NCBI GenBank assembly: GCA_038213805.1
Contig: JBBQSO010000019.1
Location: 1,114 to 65,113, forward strand
Source: Planctomycetota bacterium
GTDB taxonomy: Bacteria > Planctomycetota > UBA11346
Length of the DNA stretch: 64,000 bases
Direction of reading: 5' to 3'
In this document: one piece after another, positions 9,901 to 20,100 of the stretch
How positions within the stretch are numbered: position 1 is the first letter of the stretch
Layout: every line of letters begins with the position of its first letter
Translations under genes and position numbers: made by a program
The notes under the pieces: generated by a model
Database searches by the model: none
What the model was told of the DNA's origin: nothing
What the model saw: the letters and a program-made list of their open reading frames with translations, nothing else

Positions 9901-10752
9901 CAGCTCGCGGCCGAGCACCTCGAGCCCGGCACCGAGAACCGCGTGCTGTTCGCCACCGACGGCGGCACCCTGGCCGGGGCCGATGCGCAGGTGGTGATCG
10001 AGCGCGTCGCCGCCTACCGCAGCCGCGGCATCTCGCTGCTGGTGGTCGGCTGTGGTGGCGGCGCCTACCAGGGCCGCACCCTGCAGCAGCTTGCCGACCG
10101 CGCCGACGGCCAGCATGTCTTCCTCGGCAGCGACGCCGATGCGGTCAGCGCCTTCGCCAGCCGCCTGCTCCCCGAGCGCCTCGCCGTGCTAGCCAAGGAC
10201 GCCAAGGTGCAGGTCACCTGGAATCCGCAGCGCGTGAGCCATTTCCGCCTGATCGGCTATGAACAGCGCCGCCTTGCCCACCAGGACTTCCGCAACGACG
10301 CGGTCGACGCCGGTGAGATCAGCCACGACACCCAGGTCACCGCGCTGTACGAGGTGCTGCTGGTCGACGGCGCCACCGGCCCGCTGGGCAGCGCGGCGGT
10401 GCGCTACTTCGACACCCGCCTGCAGCAGGTGCGCGAGCTGTCCTGCCCGCTCGCCGGTGCGGTGCTGCAGGCCGAACCGGGCGAACGTCTGCGCCTGGTC
10501 GCCTGCGCCGCAGAATTCGCCGCGTGGCTGCAGCGCGGCTGGTGGAGCAACGTGCGCCCGACCACGCCGGCGCGCCTGCTCGGCGAGCTCGCGCACTGCC
10601 CGCAGGCCGAGGCGCGCGAGCTGGAGGAGCTGGTACAGCGCGCCGCGGCGCTGCAGCCGCAGCCCGTGCCGATCCCGCTGAACCGCAATGCGCTGCAGTC
10701 CAACACGCTCAACGCCGCCGCGCCGACCGACCAGGCCGCCCCCAAGCCATGA
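6910..10752 (+). CDS. Anti-sigma factor (RskA/ChrR-like N-terminal domain, single TM helix) fused to a long low-complexity extracytoplasmic region and a C-terminal von Willebrand factor A domain with intact MIDAS
   Basis: ATG 6910 overlaps the sigma stop (ATGA). N-terminus 'LGYLLTAYADGQLALEGMAWVEEQL' followed by the TM helix 'ALVMISIGIAAMAAAAVFGL'. VWA domain 'LHLTLALDCSGSMAQPGG...VDTVAVVAFSDQARVV...TPGGATN...VLFATDGG' (DxSxS, T and D of MIDAS all present). 1280 aa. Confidence 0.6.
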   Translation: MNDAMHDQTVPTAADANGDLGYLLTAYADGQLALEGMAWVEEQLDRRPELRARLKEIRAVQAALRAEFARFPAPEELGGFARGQVLDAARRGRPFFRQRGAQAALVMISIGIAAMAAAAVFGLPASVVHGTRSYASSQPASAPIQKLETPRGVYDPGEYAMIIDRPSAGESRETDQLETVPDRDGSTTADEDGDVAKGREETLNEADTASGHGAFMALGAGGGTSGGRRSKHKPGEPPAAPGAAPTEQLARAEQVVEARDFQGHAAPLQKDAGEVSASDRMVEEMAQAVEPPAAAAKPEQVVVTEGHFGGGKRLVAASGHHGATDLPAPVGAPQPLAGVNASRSSEDKTRNRELQSRQAAAESMYDAKKSSVGGGDGKLPPARPSSPPAVAANGTTSVVATPPASSTIALPAKPGSTKSSAGAVGGIAYSAEQSAAKTGDLKAARTAHTEKTHIAEVGRAVAFQLNGKLAEVEDGLNRAKQQGLDGQRDGAPSAAPAQIGLADQEYRQLSASANKDRLPYLNVPDPLATFSEPLPESHEQAQAMQTADDDRSIAKLDIVRERYPKVFNSFSDEHQSAAFFQATVSSVRSNPQGEGEGDLVMLTVGKQDAVDAGTEFIVFRGSQYIVKVRAEKVLNGMVACRVIPGSWNANGAQIQMGDLAQNRLGGSDDVERPATSDQSSSPSQALATGNAQRAPRDRVAALLTTTSLNATAPLATILRLAAGPDGALAASPALDEVLTRPAHLETHDLTSGQALLQLARGAGLQARLLGGVLTLDTARGQLDPTDTQGLDRARFTSAFGTVPMVATAEDARSTFALDANTASFERARSQLRSGQLPDPAAIQAEHFINAMPMDYPAARGPEAFALYAEAAPSPFALGPADAAVRAPWAGRTAVVAIGAVARPAAPDERRPLHLTLALDCSGSMAQPGGLDRVRLGLEELLTHLRPVDTVAVVAFSDQARVVLPATPGGDSAPIARALAGLTPGGATNAVEGLALAYQLAAEHLEPGTENRVLFATDGGTLAGADAQVVIERVAAYRSRGISLLVVGCGGGAYQGRTLQQLADRADGQHVFLGSDADAVSAFASRLLPERLAVLAKDAKVQVTWNPQRVSHFRLIGYEQRRLAHQDFRNDAVDAGEISHDTQVTALYEVLLVDGATGPLGSAAVRYFDTRLQQVRELSCPLAGAVLQAEPGERLRLVACAAEFAAWLQRGWWSNVRPTTPARLLGELAHCPQAEARELEELVQRAAALQPQPVPIPLNRNALQSNTLNAAAPTDQAAPKP

Positions 10753-13700
10753 CCCCACCGGAACATCCCATGCGCCTGCTGCCCTTCGCCGTCCTGCTCG
10801 CCGTCCTGTGCGCGGCCACCACGCCGGCCGCGTATGCCGCGACCGCTCCGGCCGAGGAGCTGCCGCCGCTGGTCTATGTGCCGATCAAGGAGGTGCCGCA
10901 GCTCGACCCCAAGGGCCAGGGCGTGTTCCTGCCCTATGACAAGTTCATCACCTTGTGGGAGGCGGCCAAACCCAAGCCGCCCACCCCAGTGGTCGACACG
11001 CCGCCGGTCGCCGCCGTGCTCGCCGGCTTCACCGTCACCGGGCAGACTCATGGCGACGTCGCGGAGCTGGTCCTGGACGGCACCGCCACCGCGCTCGCCA
11101 AGGGCTGGTCGACGCTGGCGCTGCCGGGCGGCCTGGCGCTCACCGATTTCACCCCCGACGACAAGCGCGTGGTGCTGCAGCGCAGCGGCGACGCCATGCA
11201 GCTGCACCTGCCCGAACCCGGCACGTACCGCTTCAGCGCGCACCTCTCCTTCCCGATCAGCCGCGACGCCGGCGGGCGACGCACCTTGGCGCTGGTCCTG
11301 CCGGTCGCCGGTGCAGGCCGCCTCGATCTGCTCATCGCCGACAACGAGGCGGAGGTCACCCTCGACCCGGTGGTCGCCGCCACCACCATCCCCGGCAAGG
11401 GCGGCACGCGCGTGCAGGCGGTGCTCGGCGGCGCCGCCAACCTGGCGGTGGCGTGGCAGCCGCCGGTGCAGCAGGTCGCGGGCGAGGCGCTGATCCTGGC
11501 CGACCACCAGCTGCGCCTGACCGTGGCCGAGCGCAGCCTGCGCTATGACCTCGCGGCCCAGCTCACCATCCTGCGCCGTCCGATCGACACCATCACCGTT
11601 GCCCTGCCGCCCGACACTCAGGTGCTGGCGGTCGAGGCGCGCACCTTGCGCACCTGGGAAAAGAGCGGCGACAGCGTGGTGCTGCACCTGCATGAGCCGG
11701 TCGAGGGCACCTATCCCGTGGCGCTGCGCCTGGAGCGCCTGCTGCCCGCGCTGGCGCCCGGCGCCAGCCGCACCGTCGCGGTCGCCTGGCCGCTGGTCGC
11801 CGCCGCCGGGCGCAGCACCGGCAGCGTCGCCGTGGTCCAGGCCGAAGGGCTGGCGGTCGCGGTCGAGCGCGCCGAGGGCCTCGCCCAGGTCGATCCCGCC
11901 GAAATCGCCGGCGGTCAGGGCGCGGTGTCGGCCTTCCGCTTCCTGGCGCCCCCGCCCGCCAGCGCCATCGCGGTGACGCGCCTGCAGAGCGACCTGCGCG
12001 TCGCCGTCCATCAGCTGGTGCGCCTTGGCGTCGAAGAGGACCTCATCGCCGTGGTGCTGCAGCTCGATGTGCGCAAGGCCGGGGTCTTCGCCCTGGCCCT
12101 CGACGTGCCCGCCGGCTGGGAACTCGCCGACCTCAGCGGCTTGAGCGTCGACGACACGCGCCTGGGCAAGGCCGAGGGCGGCGTGCGCCGCCTCGACCTC
12201 GCCCTGCGCGGCCGGCTGCTTGGCGCCGGTGAAGCGGTGCTGCGCTTCCGCGCGCCGGCCTCGATCCCGCGCGACGCCACGACCGCGGCCGCGCCGATCG
12301 TCCTGGCGCTGCTGCAGCTGGAAGGCGCACACCAGGTGCGCGGCAGCCTCGCCATCGCCGCCCCGCGCAGCTGGGCGCTGGCCAGCGGCGTGCGCAGCGC
12401 GCTGGGCGGCGCCGAGGCCGAACAGGTGCGCCGCGAAGGTCCGCTCGCCACTCTCGCCCACGAACTCAAGGAGGACGAGGACCTGCCGCTCGCCTTCACC
12501 GTGCTCGGCCCCGCCGCCGGTGTGACCATCATGGCGACGCCGCGCGCCCGCGAGCTCGCCGTGGTGCAGGAGGAAGCGGTCAGCGTCGCCGAGGGCCGCG
12601 TGCGCAGCCTGGTCACGCTGCGCGGCGAGGTGCGCTACAGCGCCGCCGCCGCGGTGCACGTGCGCCTGCCCAGCGCGCTCGACGCGCAGGTGGTGTTCGG
12701 CGGCGCGCTGCTCGCCGAGCACGTCGCCGGCGCGCGTGAGGGCGGCCTGACCACCTGGGAGCTGCGCTTCCAGGCGCCGGTACTGGGTCCGTTCACCCTG
12801 ACCATCGACAGCGCCCAGGAACTACCCGTGCTCACCGCCGGCACGTCGGTCACCGTAACCGTGCCAGCCGTGAGCGTGGCCGAGCAAGGCCTGCGCCTGA
12901 CGCGCGTGTGCGCGGTTGCGCGCACCGGCACCATCGAGGTCACCGCCAGCGCCGAAGGCCTCGACAACGTCGCTGCCGCCGACCTGCCCGCCGGCCTGCA
13001 GGGCCAGGGCGTGGTCGCTGGCTTCCAGGGCACCAAGCCCGGCGCGCTCACGCTCGAACTGGTGCGCCACGATCTGGTGGCGATGGCCGACGGCGCCGTC
13101 GCCGCCGCGCGCTACACCGCGGTGCTGGGCGACGACCAGGTGCTGCGCGTGCGCGGCGATCTGGTGCTGGCGACGCGCGGGCGCCCGTGGTTGGACCTGC
13201 GCCTGCCCGAGGGTGCCGAGCTGCTCGAAGTCGCCGTCGACCGCCGCCAGGGCCGGCCCAGCCGCCGCCCCGACGGCAGCGTGGTGGTGCCGCTGGGCGA
13301 CGGCAACGGCCTGCGCAGTCAACGCGTCGCCTTCGTCTATGAGCAGCGTCTGGGCGACGGCCGGGTCGGGCGCAGCGGCAGCGCGACCATCGCGCTGCCG
13401 CACCTCGGCACCGCGCCACAGGGCGAGAAGGGTGAAAAGGGCGCGCGCCCGCTGCCGGTCGGCCGGGTCGAATGCGTGCTGTTCGTGCCCGACGGCCTCG
13501 CGGCCTACGGCTGGTCCGGCGACCTGGAGCGTGTGGCGGCCAGCAGTGACGCGTGGTCGCGGCTGCTTGCCGGAATCGGCGCGACCGTGCAGCCGCGCAG
13601 CGCCGGCTTCGCGCCGCTGCCGGGCGGCGACGATGGGCTGACCGTGCCCCTGCCCATCTCCGGCACGCCGCACCAGCTGGTACGTCTTGGTGATGGCGGC

Positions 13701-14174
13701 AGCGCGCATCTGCGCTGGATCGACCGCGACCTGCTCACCCTGCTCGCGCTCGCCGCGGCGCTGGTTGGCGGCGTGCTGGTGTGGCTGGCGCGGGCGCGCA
13801 CGGAAGCGGTCGGCGCGCTGACCATCGCCGCGCTGGTGCTCGCGCTGGCCGCTGCCGGCGCGTGGTTCGCGGTGATCGCCGGCTTCGCCCTGGGCGTGGG
13901 CGCGGTGGTGCTGCTGCTGCTGGTGCGCGGCATGATGCGCCGCGTCGTGAGTGCGCCCGCCATGCCGGTGGTCGCCCCCGATCCGTGGCTTGAGTCGCCG
14001 CGCCCGGCCGCGGTGCCACCCGTGGCGATGCCTGCTGCGGCCGCCGAAAACCCGGACGCCCTCCCCGATGCCAGCGCGCCGGCTGATTCCGACGCGCCAC
14101 CGGCCCCGGATGCTGAGCCGCCCGCTCTTGGCAAGCGTCCGGACGGCTCCGACGACGACCGGAAGCAGCCGTGA
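10749..14174 (+). CDS. Large exported protein of unknown function (1141 aa) with signal peptide, two C-terminal TM helices and a Pro/Ala-rich tail
   Basis: ATG 10749 overlaps the upstream stop (ATGA). Signal peptide 'MRLLPFAVLLAVLCAATTPAAYAA'. Internally recurring 'LHLPEPGTYRFSAHL / VVLHLHEPVEGTYPVALRL' beta-rich modules. C-terminal hydrophobic segments at about aa 1000-1080. No recognisable catalytic motif. Confidence 0.45.
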   Translation: MTPPEHPMRLLPFAVLLAVLCAATTPAAYAATAPAEELPPLVYVPIKEVPQLDPKGQGVFLPYDKFITLWEAAKPKPPTPVVDTPPVAAVLAGFTVTGQTHGDVAELVLDGTATALAKGWSTLALPGGLALTDFTPDDKRVVLQRSGDAMQLHLPEPGTYRFSAHLSFPISRDAGGRRTLALVLPVAGAGRLDLLIADNEAEVTLDPVVAATTIPGKGGTRVQAVLGGAANLAVAWQPPVQQVAGEALILADHQLRLTVAERSLRYDLAAQLTILRRPIDTITVALPPDTQVLAVEARTLRTWEKSGDSVVLHLHEPVEGTYPVALRLERLLPALAPGASRTVAVAWPLVAAAGRSTGSVAVVQAEGLAVAVERAEGLAQVDPAEIAGGQGAVSAFRFLAPPPASAIAVTRLQSDLRVAVHQLVRLGVEEDLIAVVLQLDVRKAGVFALALDVPAGWELADLSGLSVDDTRLGKAEGGVRRLDLALRGRLLGAGEAVLRFRAPASIPRDATTAAAPIVLALLQLEGAHQVRGSLAIAAPRSWALASGVRSALGGAEAEQVRREGPLATLAHELKEDEDLPLAFTVLGPAAGVTIMATPRARELAVVQEEAVSVAEGRVRSLVTLRGEVRYSAAAAVHVRLPSALDAQVVFGGALLAEHVAGAREGGLTTWELRFQAPVLGPFTLTIDSAQELPVLTAGTSVTVTVPAVSVAEQGLRLTRVCAVARTGTIEVTASAEGLDNVAAADLPAGLQGQGVVAGFQGTKPGALTLELVRHDLVAMADGAVAAARYTAVLGDDQVLRVRGDLVLATRGRPWLDLRLPEGAELLEVAVDRRQGRPSRRPDGSVVVPLGDGNGLRSQRVAFVYEQRLGDGRVGRSGSATIALPHLGTAPQGEKGEKGARPLPVGRVECVLFVPDGLAAYGWSGDLERVAASSDAWSRLLAGIGATVQPRSAGFAPLPGGDDGLTVPLPISGTPHQLVRLGDGGSAHLRWIDRDLLTLLALAAALVGGVLVWLARARTEAVGALTIAALVLALAAAGAWFAVIAGFALGVGAVVLLLLVRGMMRRVVSAPAMPVVAPDPWLESPRPAAVPPVAMPAAAAENPDALPDASAPADSDAPPAPDAEPPALGKRPDGSDDDRKQP

Positions 14175-17100
14175 ACCGCGCTGCGCACGGCCTTGCGCTG
14201 CTCGCCGCGTTGCTGCTTGCCACCAACGCCACGCTACGCGCCGAGGAACGGCCGACCCAGCCCCTGGTGCTGCCGATGGTCGAGCTGCTGCGCCAGCTCG
14301 ATCCTCAGCGCGAGTGGCAGTTCGTGCCGCTCGCCGACTACCGCGCGCTGGTCGACGCGGCGCACCATGCTGCGGATGCGGCCGTCAGCGCACCGGGCGG
14401 CGCCTGGATCGAGCAGGCCACCGTCAGCGGCGAACTGCAGGGCGACCGCGAGCTGCGCTGCACCGCCGAACTCACCGTGGTCAGCGTGGCCGTCAGCGCG
14501 ACGCGCTGCCCGCTCTTCGCCACCGCTCCGGCCAGCCTCGGCGCGGTCACCATCGATGGCCAGCCCGCGCTCTACGTGCTCGGCGCGGCCCTGGAGCTGG
14601 TGGTGCCCGCGCCCGGCCGCCACCACGTGGCGATCGCCTGGGGCACCCGCCTTGCCGACGGCGACGAGCGCGTGCATCGCGGCCAGCTGGTGCTGCCGCT
14701 CGCCGCGGGCGCCGACGTGCACCTGCGCGCCACCACGCCGGGCGGTTTCAGCGGATCCGGCGTGATCGAGGAATCCGGCGCATCGCCGGGTTGGCGCATC
14801 ACCGGCAGCCGCGGTGGCGCGCTCGCGCTTTCCTGGCATCCCGGCCGCCTGTCCGGAAGCGACAGCGCGGTCTTCGGCGTCGAGCAGGCGGTGCAGGTCG
14901 CCGTCGTCGACGGCCCATCCTCGTTCCACTGGGTTGCGCGCCTCGCCGCGCGGCGCGGCAGCCTGCCGACCTCGCTCGACTTGGTGCTGCCCGCTGGCTG
15001 GACGATGGGCAGTCCCGGCCCGGGCGTGGTCGCGCTGACCGGTCCTGGAACCGCCGCCGATCCCGTGCACCTGACCCTCGATGCGCAGGCGCGCGAGATC
15101 GCCTGCGACGGTTTCATCGCCGCCGCCGCGCCGGTCGGCCTGCCGCTGGTGCAGGGGGCCGCCTACCAGGGCGGAACGGTGACGCTCAGCGCCTCCAGCC
15201 CGCTCGCCTACACGCTGCCGGGCGGCTGGCTGGCGACACCGGCCACCACCGAGGGCGGCGCAGTAGTGCGCCGCTTCGCACTCGCCGCACCCGACGCGGG
15301 CATGCGCGTCGCGCTGCGGCCCGCGGCCGACGGCCTGACCGTCGCCAGCACCGCCAGCGTCGCGATCGGCCCCACAGCGCACGGCGCGCGCCTCACCCAG
15401 GTGCTCACCATCTCTGGCGCTGGCCGGCCGCGCTTCGCCTTGCCGCTCCAGCTGCCGGCCGGCTGGCAGCTCACCGCCTTCGCCGCGACACCACCGGGCG
15501 CCATCGCCGAGCTCGCGGGCAGTGACGATCCCGGCACGCTGGTGCCGGGTGCCAGCGTCACGGTGCTGCTCACGCCCCGGCCCACGAATGAGTCGGTCAC
15601 GCTCACGCTGACGCTGAGCGGCGATACGACGGCCGTGCCGGTGCGCCTCGCCGCCATCCCCAGCGCGCAGCGCCTCAGCAGTCGTCTGGTGGTGCTCGCT
15701 GCACCGGGGCTGGAGGTCGGCATCACCGCCGGCGGCTGGCGCCTTGCCGAGCGCGCCGTGGCTTTCCCTGCGGACCGCGCCGATCAGGTACGCGCCGAAC
15801 TGTTCTGCACCGGCAGCACGCCCCCACTGGCCCTCGCGGTCGCGCCGCGTCGCCTCGCCGCCACCGCCGAGGCGGTGTGCTACCTGCTGCCGCGGGGCCC
15901 CGACGACACCTGGGCGCGCATCGACCTCCGCCTGCAAGTACAGGAGGGCGAGCTCACCCGCCTGCGCCTCGCCCTGCCGGTCGCTGCCGGCGCGCATCTG
16001 CATGCCGAGGATGCGCTGTTCACCGTCACCACGCTCGCCGGCGCAGTGCTGCTGGAAGCGCGCGCACCGTGGCGCGGTGAGCACTTGCTGCGCATCGAAG
16101 GTCCGCTCGCACCCGGCGAGGCGGGGCGTCTGCCGCAGCTCACCCTGAGCGCGGGCGCGGAGGGGGCTGACGCGATCGCGGTGCCGCTGCGCCAGATCAC
16201 CGCGGTGCAGGCGCCCACCGACCTCGATCTCGCGATCGTGCCCGGACGTGCGACGCTGCCGCTCGACGGTGACGAGCTGCCCGCGTGGAGCCGGCCGATC
16301 CCCGGTGCGCTGCTGGCGGGCGCCTGGCGCATGCCCGCGGGCGCCGCGCCCGGCACCCTGACCCTGGTCCAGCGCGCCCTGGCCGCGGTACCGGCGGGCT
16401 TCATCGACCGCGCCAGTGCGCGCACCCAGGTCTCGGCCGGTGGCGTCTCGACCTGGCTGCGCCTGCGCCTTGCCGCACCGGGCCTGGCCGAGCTGCCACT
16501 CGGCCTGCCCGAAGGATCGACCCTGCTCGCCGCGACCATCGACGGCCAGGCGACCGCGGTGCGCCGCCATGGGCACGAGCTGGTGCTGCCGCTGCCCGGC
16601 CGCACCCAGGTCGGGATCGTCCTGCTCTACGCGCTGCCCGCCCTACCGGATGCGGACGGCGAACTGGTCCAGCCGCTGCCGCGCCTCGCCGGCCTGCCCA
16701 TCACCACCTGCAGCTGGCAGGTGGCAATCGATGACCGCTGGCGCGTCATCCCCGTCGCCGCGCCGGACGCACTGCCGCTGACGATGCTCGTCGACGGGTC
16801 GCCGCTGCGACCGTGGTTCGCCACCTGGCGCACGCCGGGCGTCGGCAGCGACGTGCCGCCGCCGCCCGGCCTCGGCCAGCAGGCCGGCGACGATGCGCGC
16901 CAGCTGGTCGCCGCCGACCCGGCGCCGGCTGCCCCCGGTGAGCCCACGCTCATCCTTGCCGGGCAGCTGCTCGCCGGCGAACGCAGCGGAGACGGCGCCG
17001 TGCTGCGCCTGCGTCTCGCCGATCTGGAACGACTGCGCGGCGCCGACCGCACCGGCTGGGCGCTGGCCGCGATGTGCGGCGTCGCGTTGTTCGCGGTGGG

Positions 17101-20100
17101 CTGGCGCCAGCGCCTGCTGCTCGCTGCGGCGGCGCTGCTCACCGCCTGGGGCCTGCACACGTGGCAGATCGGCGCCGGCCCGCTGCTCGCCCTGGCCGAG
17201 GGGCTGCCGGTGGCGCTGCTGGTGCTGCCGCTGCTGCGCTGGCTGCTGCGCCTGGCGACCGCGCGGCGGCCACGCCTGCAGGTCGCGCTTTCGCTCCTGA
17301 TGGTCGCCGCCTGCTCCACGCACGGCGCCGCCGCCGACAGCGTGCTGATGGGCTACGACCACCTCGATGCTGCCGGCGTACCCATCGCCGTGCGCGTCGC
17401 CCTGACCCGTGACCAGCTCACCACGCTGTGGCAGCGCGCGCACGGCGAGACCGCCGCGCCCGCACCGGTATGCGTGCTGGCCACCGGCGCGGCGCGTTAT
17501 GCCCTCGACGCCGGCAGCACCGCAGTCGAGGTGCTGCTGACCATGCCGGTCGCGGTGCCCGGCGAGTCCTGGCAGGAGGTGCACCTCCCGCTCGGCACCG
17601 GCACGGTGCGCAGCGTGCGCGCCGAACGCCTCGGCCGCGTCCTCCCGCCCGCAGAGCTCGCGGCGCGCAGCGCGGGGGGCGTGCTGATCGTCGCCTGCCC
17701 CCCGCGCAGCCAGTTCCTGCTGAGCGTCGCTTTCGCGCTACCGCTGCACCCTGAGGCCGCGACCTCGTCCTTCGCACTGCCGGTGCTGCCCACGCACGGC
17801 GGCGAGGCGCGCCTACGCCTGCCCTCCGGGTGGACGCCTAGCTGCGCTGGCGGCACCGTCCGCGCGCCGGCCGGCAACGACGGCGAGTGGTTGCTCGACC
17901 TGCCCGTTGGCGTCCAGACCCTGGCCTGGCAGCTGCGCCGGACCGAGGCCGAAACCAGCCACGAACTGCACCGCACCCTCGACCAGACGCTGCGCGCCAG
18001 CCTCGCGCCGGGCCGCGTGGAATGGGACATCACCCTGCTGCTGGGCGCGCAGGGGGGCACGCTGCGCGAGGCGCGCCTGCATCTGCCGGCCGGCCTGGTC
18101 ATCACCACGGTCAGCGGCCCGGCGCTGGCCGCATGGCGGCAGGATGGTGCCGACTTGGAAATTTCCTGGAGCGAGCCGCGCACCGGCGCCATCGCCGTTC
18201 ACGCGCAGGGTCTGCAGCCGCGCAGCGCCGCACCCGGACACGCCCCCGCCGCGTGGTCATGGCCCGGCGCCGAACGCAACACCGGCCGCCTCGACCTGGT
18301 CCATGCCAGCGACGAACATTTTCTGCGCCCGGACCAGGCAGAGATCGAACGCGCCGAGCCGCGCCCCGGCGCCGCGCTCGCGGTGCGCTGGTCCGACCAT
18401 CCGAACGGTCTCGCCATCGCCTGGGAAGCCGCGGTCAACGAGTTGCGCGTGGTGCAGCAGGGCGCGCTGGTCGCGGGCCTCGACCGCCTGCGCGCCACCC
18501 TCATCACCACGCTCAGCGGACGCGGCTCATGCGACGCCCTCACCCTGCGCCTGCCCGCGCCCTGGCGTCTCACCGTGCTGCCCGCCGGCGTCACCGCGAC
18601 CTTCCCCGAGTCCGGCAACGGCCCGGCTGCCAACGCTGATCGCACCGTAACGCTGCGCACCGCCGAGCCGTGGCGCGCCGGCACCAGCGTCACCCTGCAG
18701 CTGGAAACCGAACGGGGCGGGCTCGGCGACACCTTCAGCGTCCCCGACGGGACTCCCACCGATCCCGCCCTGGTCCTCGATCGCCAGGAGTGGCTGTTCG
18801 GTGACGCGGGCGACCGCCGTCTGCGCCTCGAGGATGCCGGGCGCTTCACCCCGCTCTCCATCGAGGCGCTGGCCAGCGTGCTCGCCGCGCAAGGCGTCGC
18901 GCTGCGCCCGGGCGAATCCTGGCGCAGCGCCTGCGAGCGTCGCAGCGGCCCCGCGCCGCTGCTGTCGCTGCGCGCCGACAGCACGGTGGTGCAGGTCATC
19001 GCCAGCCATTACCTGGTCATCGGCCAGGAGCAGGTGCGCTGGTGGGCGCGCCTCGCCTGGCGCATCGACCAGGGCGCACTGCAGGAACTGCGCTGCACCC
19101 TGCCCACGGGCGCGCGCCTGGTGGCACTGCACGCCGCCGACCTCGGCTCCTGGCGCATGGAGGGGGCCGAGCTGATCGCAACCCTGGCCGCGCCGGCACG
19201 CCGCGCGGTCGCCCTCGACCTGTCGCTGGAAGTGCCGCTCGCCGACGCCGGCCACCTGATGGCCCTGGCCACGCCCGCCGGCCAGGCGCTCAGCGCGCAG
19301 ACCGTCGCGGTGGTCGAAGAGGACGAGCTCGGCCTGCTCCACCTCGACCCCGACGGCCTCGAGCCGATCGCCAGCGCCGAGCTCGCCGGCAACCTCCCCG
19401 ACGGCGTCGATGCCGCGCGCGTGCAGCAGCGTTGGCGCGCCGCGCGCCCGGGCTGGAGCCTGGGCATCGCGCGCGAGGCGGCCACCGCCAGCGGCGGCGC
19501 TGACGGCGTCGCCACCCTGGTCGACGTGCTCAGCGTCATCGCCCCCGACGGCGAACTGCGCTCACGCGCCACCTGGCACGTGCTCAACCGCACGCGCCAG
19601 GTCCTTGCCCTGCACGTGCCGTCCGGCCTTGCCCTGTGGGAAGCGCGCGTCGATGGCGCCGTGGTGCGGCCGCGCCTCGCCGACGCCACCGCGCGCGCCG
19701 GCGCCGCCGACGCCGGTCAGGAACTGCTGCTACCGGTGCGCACCCTGCGCCCCGGCGAGGCCACGCTGCGCATCGAGCTGACCTGGCGCCAGCAGGTCGC
19801 CGACACCGCGCGCTTCCGGCCCGGGGCGCCCCTGCTCGGCGAGCTGCGCATCATGCAGACGCTGTGGCGCTTCGTGCCACCGCCCGGACACGCGCTGACG
19901 CGCCGCGACGGCACCCTTGCCGAAATCCCCGCCACGCACGCCGCCGCACAGCGCGTACGCCGCGTCATTGAAGACCTCAAGCGCCTGCGCGGCGTGGGCA
20001 CGCTCAGCGACAGCGGCGTGCAACGCCTGCACGCGCAGCTCGAGGTCCTCGACCTCGAGCTCGACGACTATCTGGTCGACCTCAAGGGCCTGGGCGGCGA

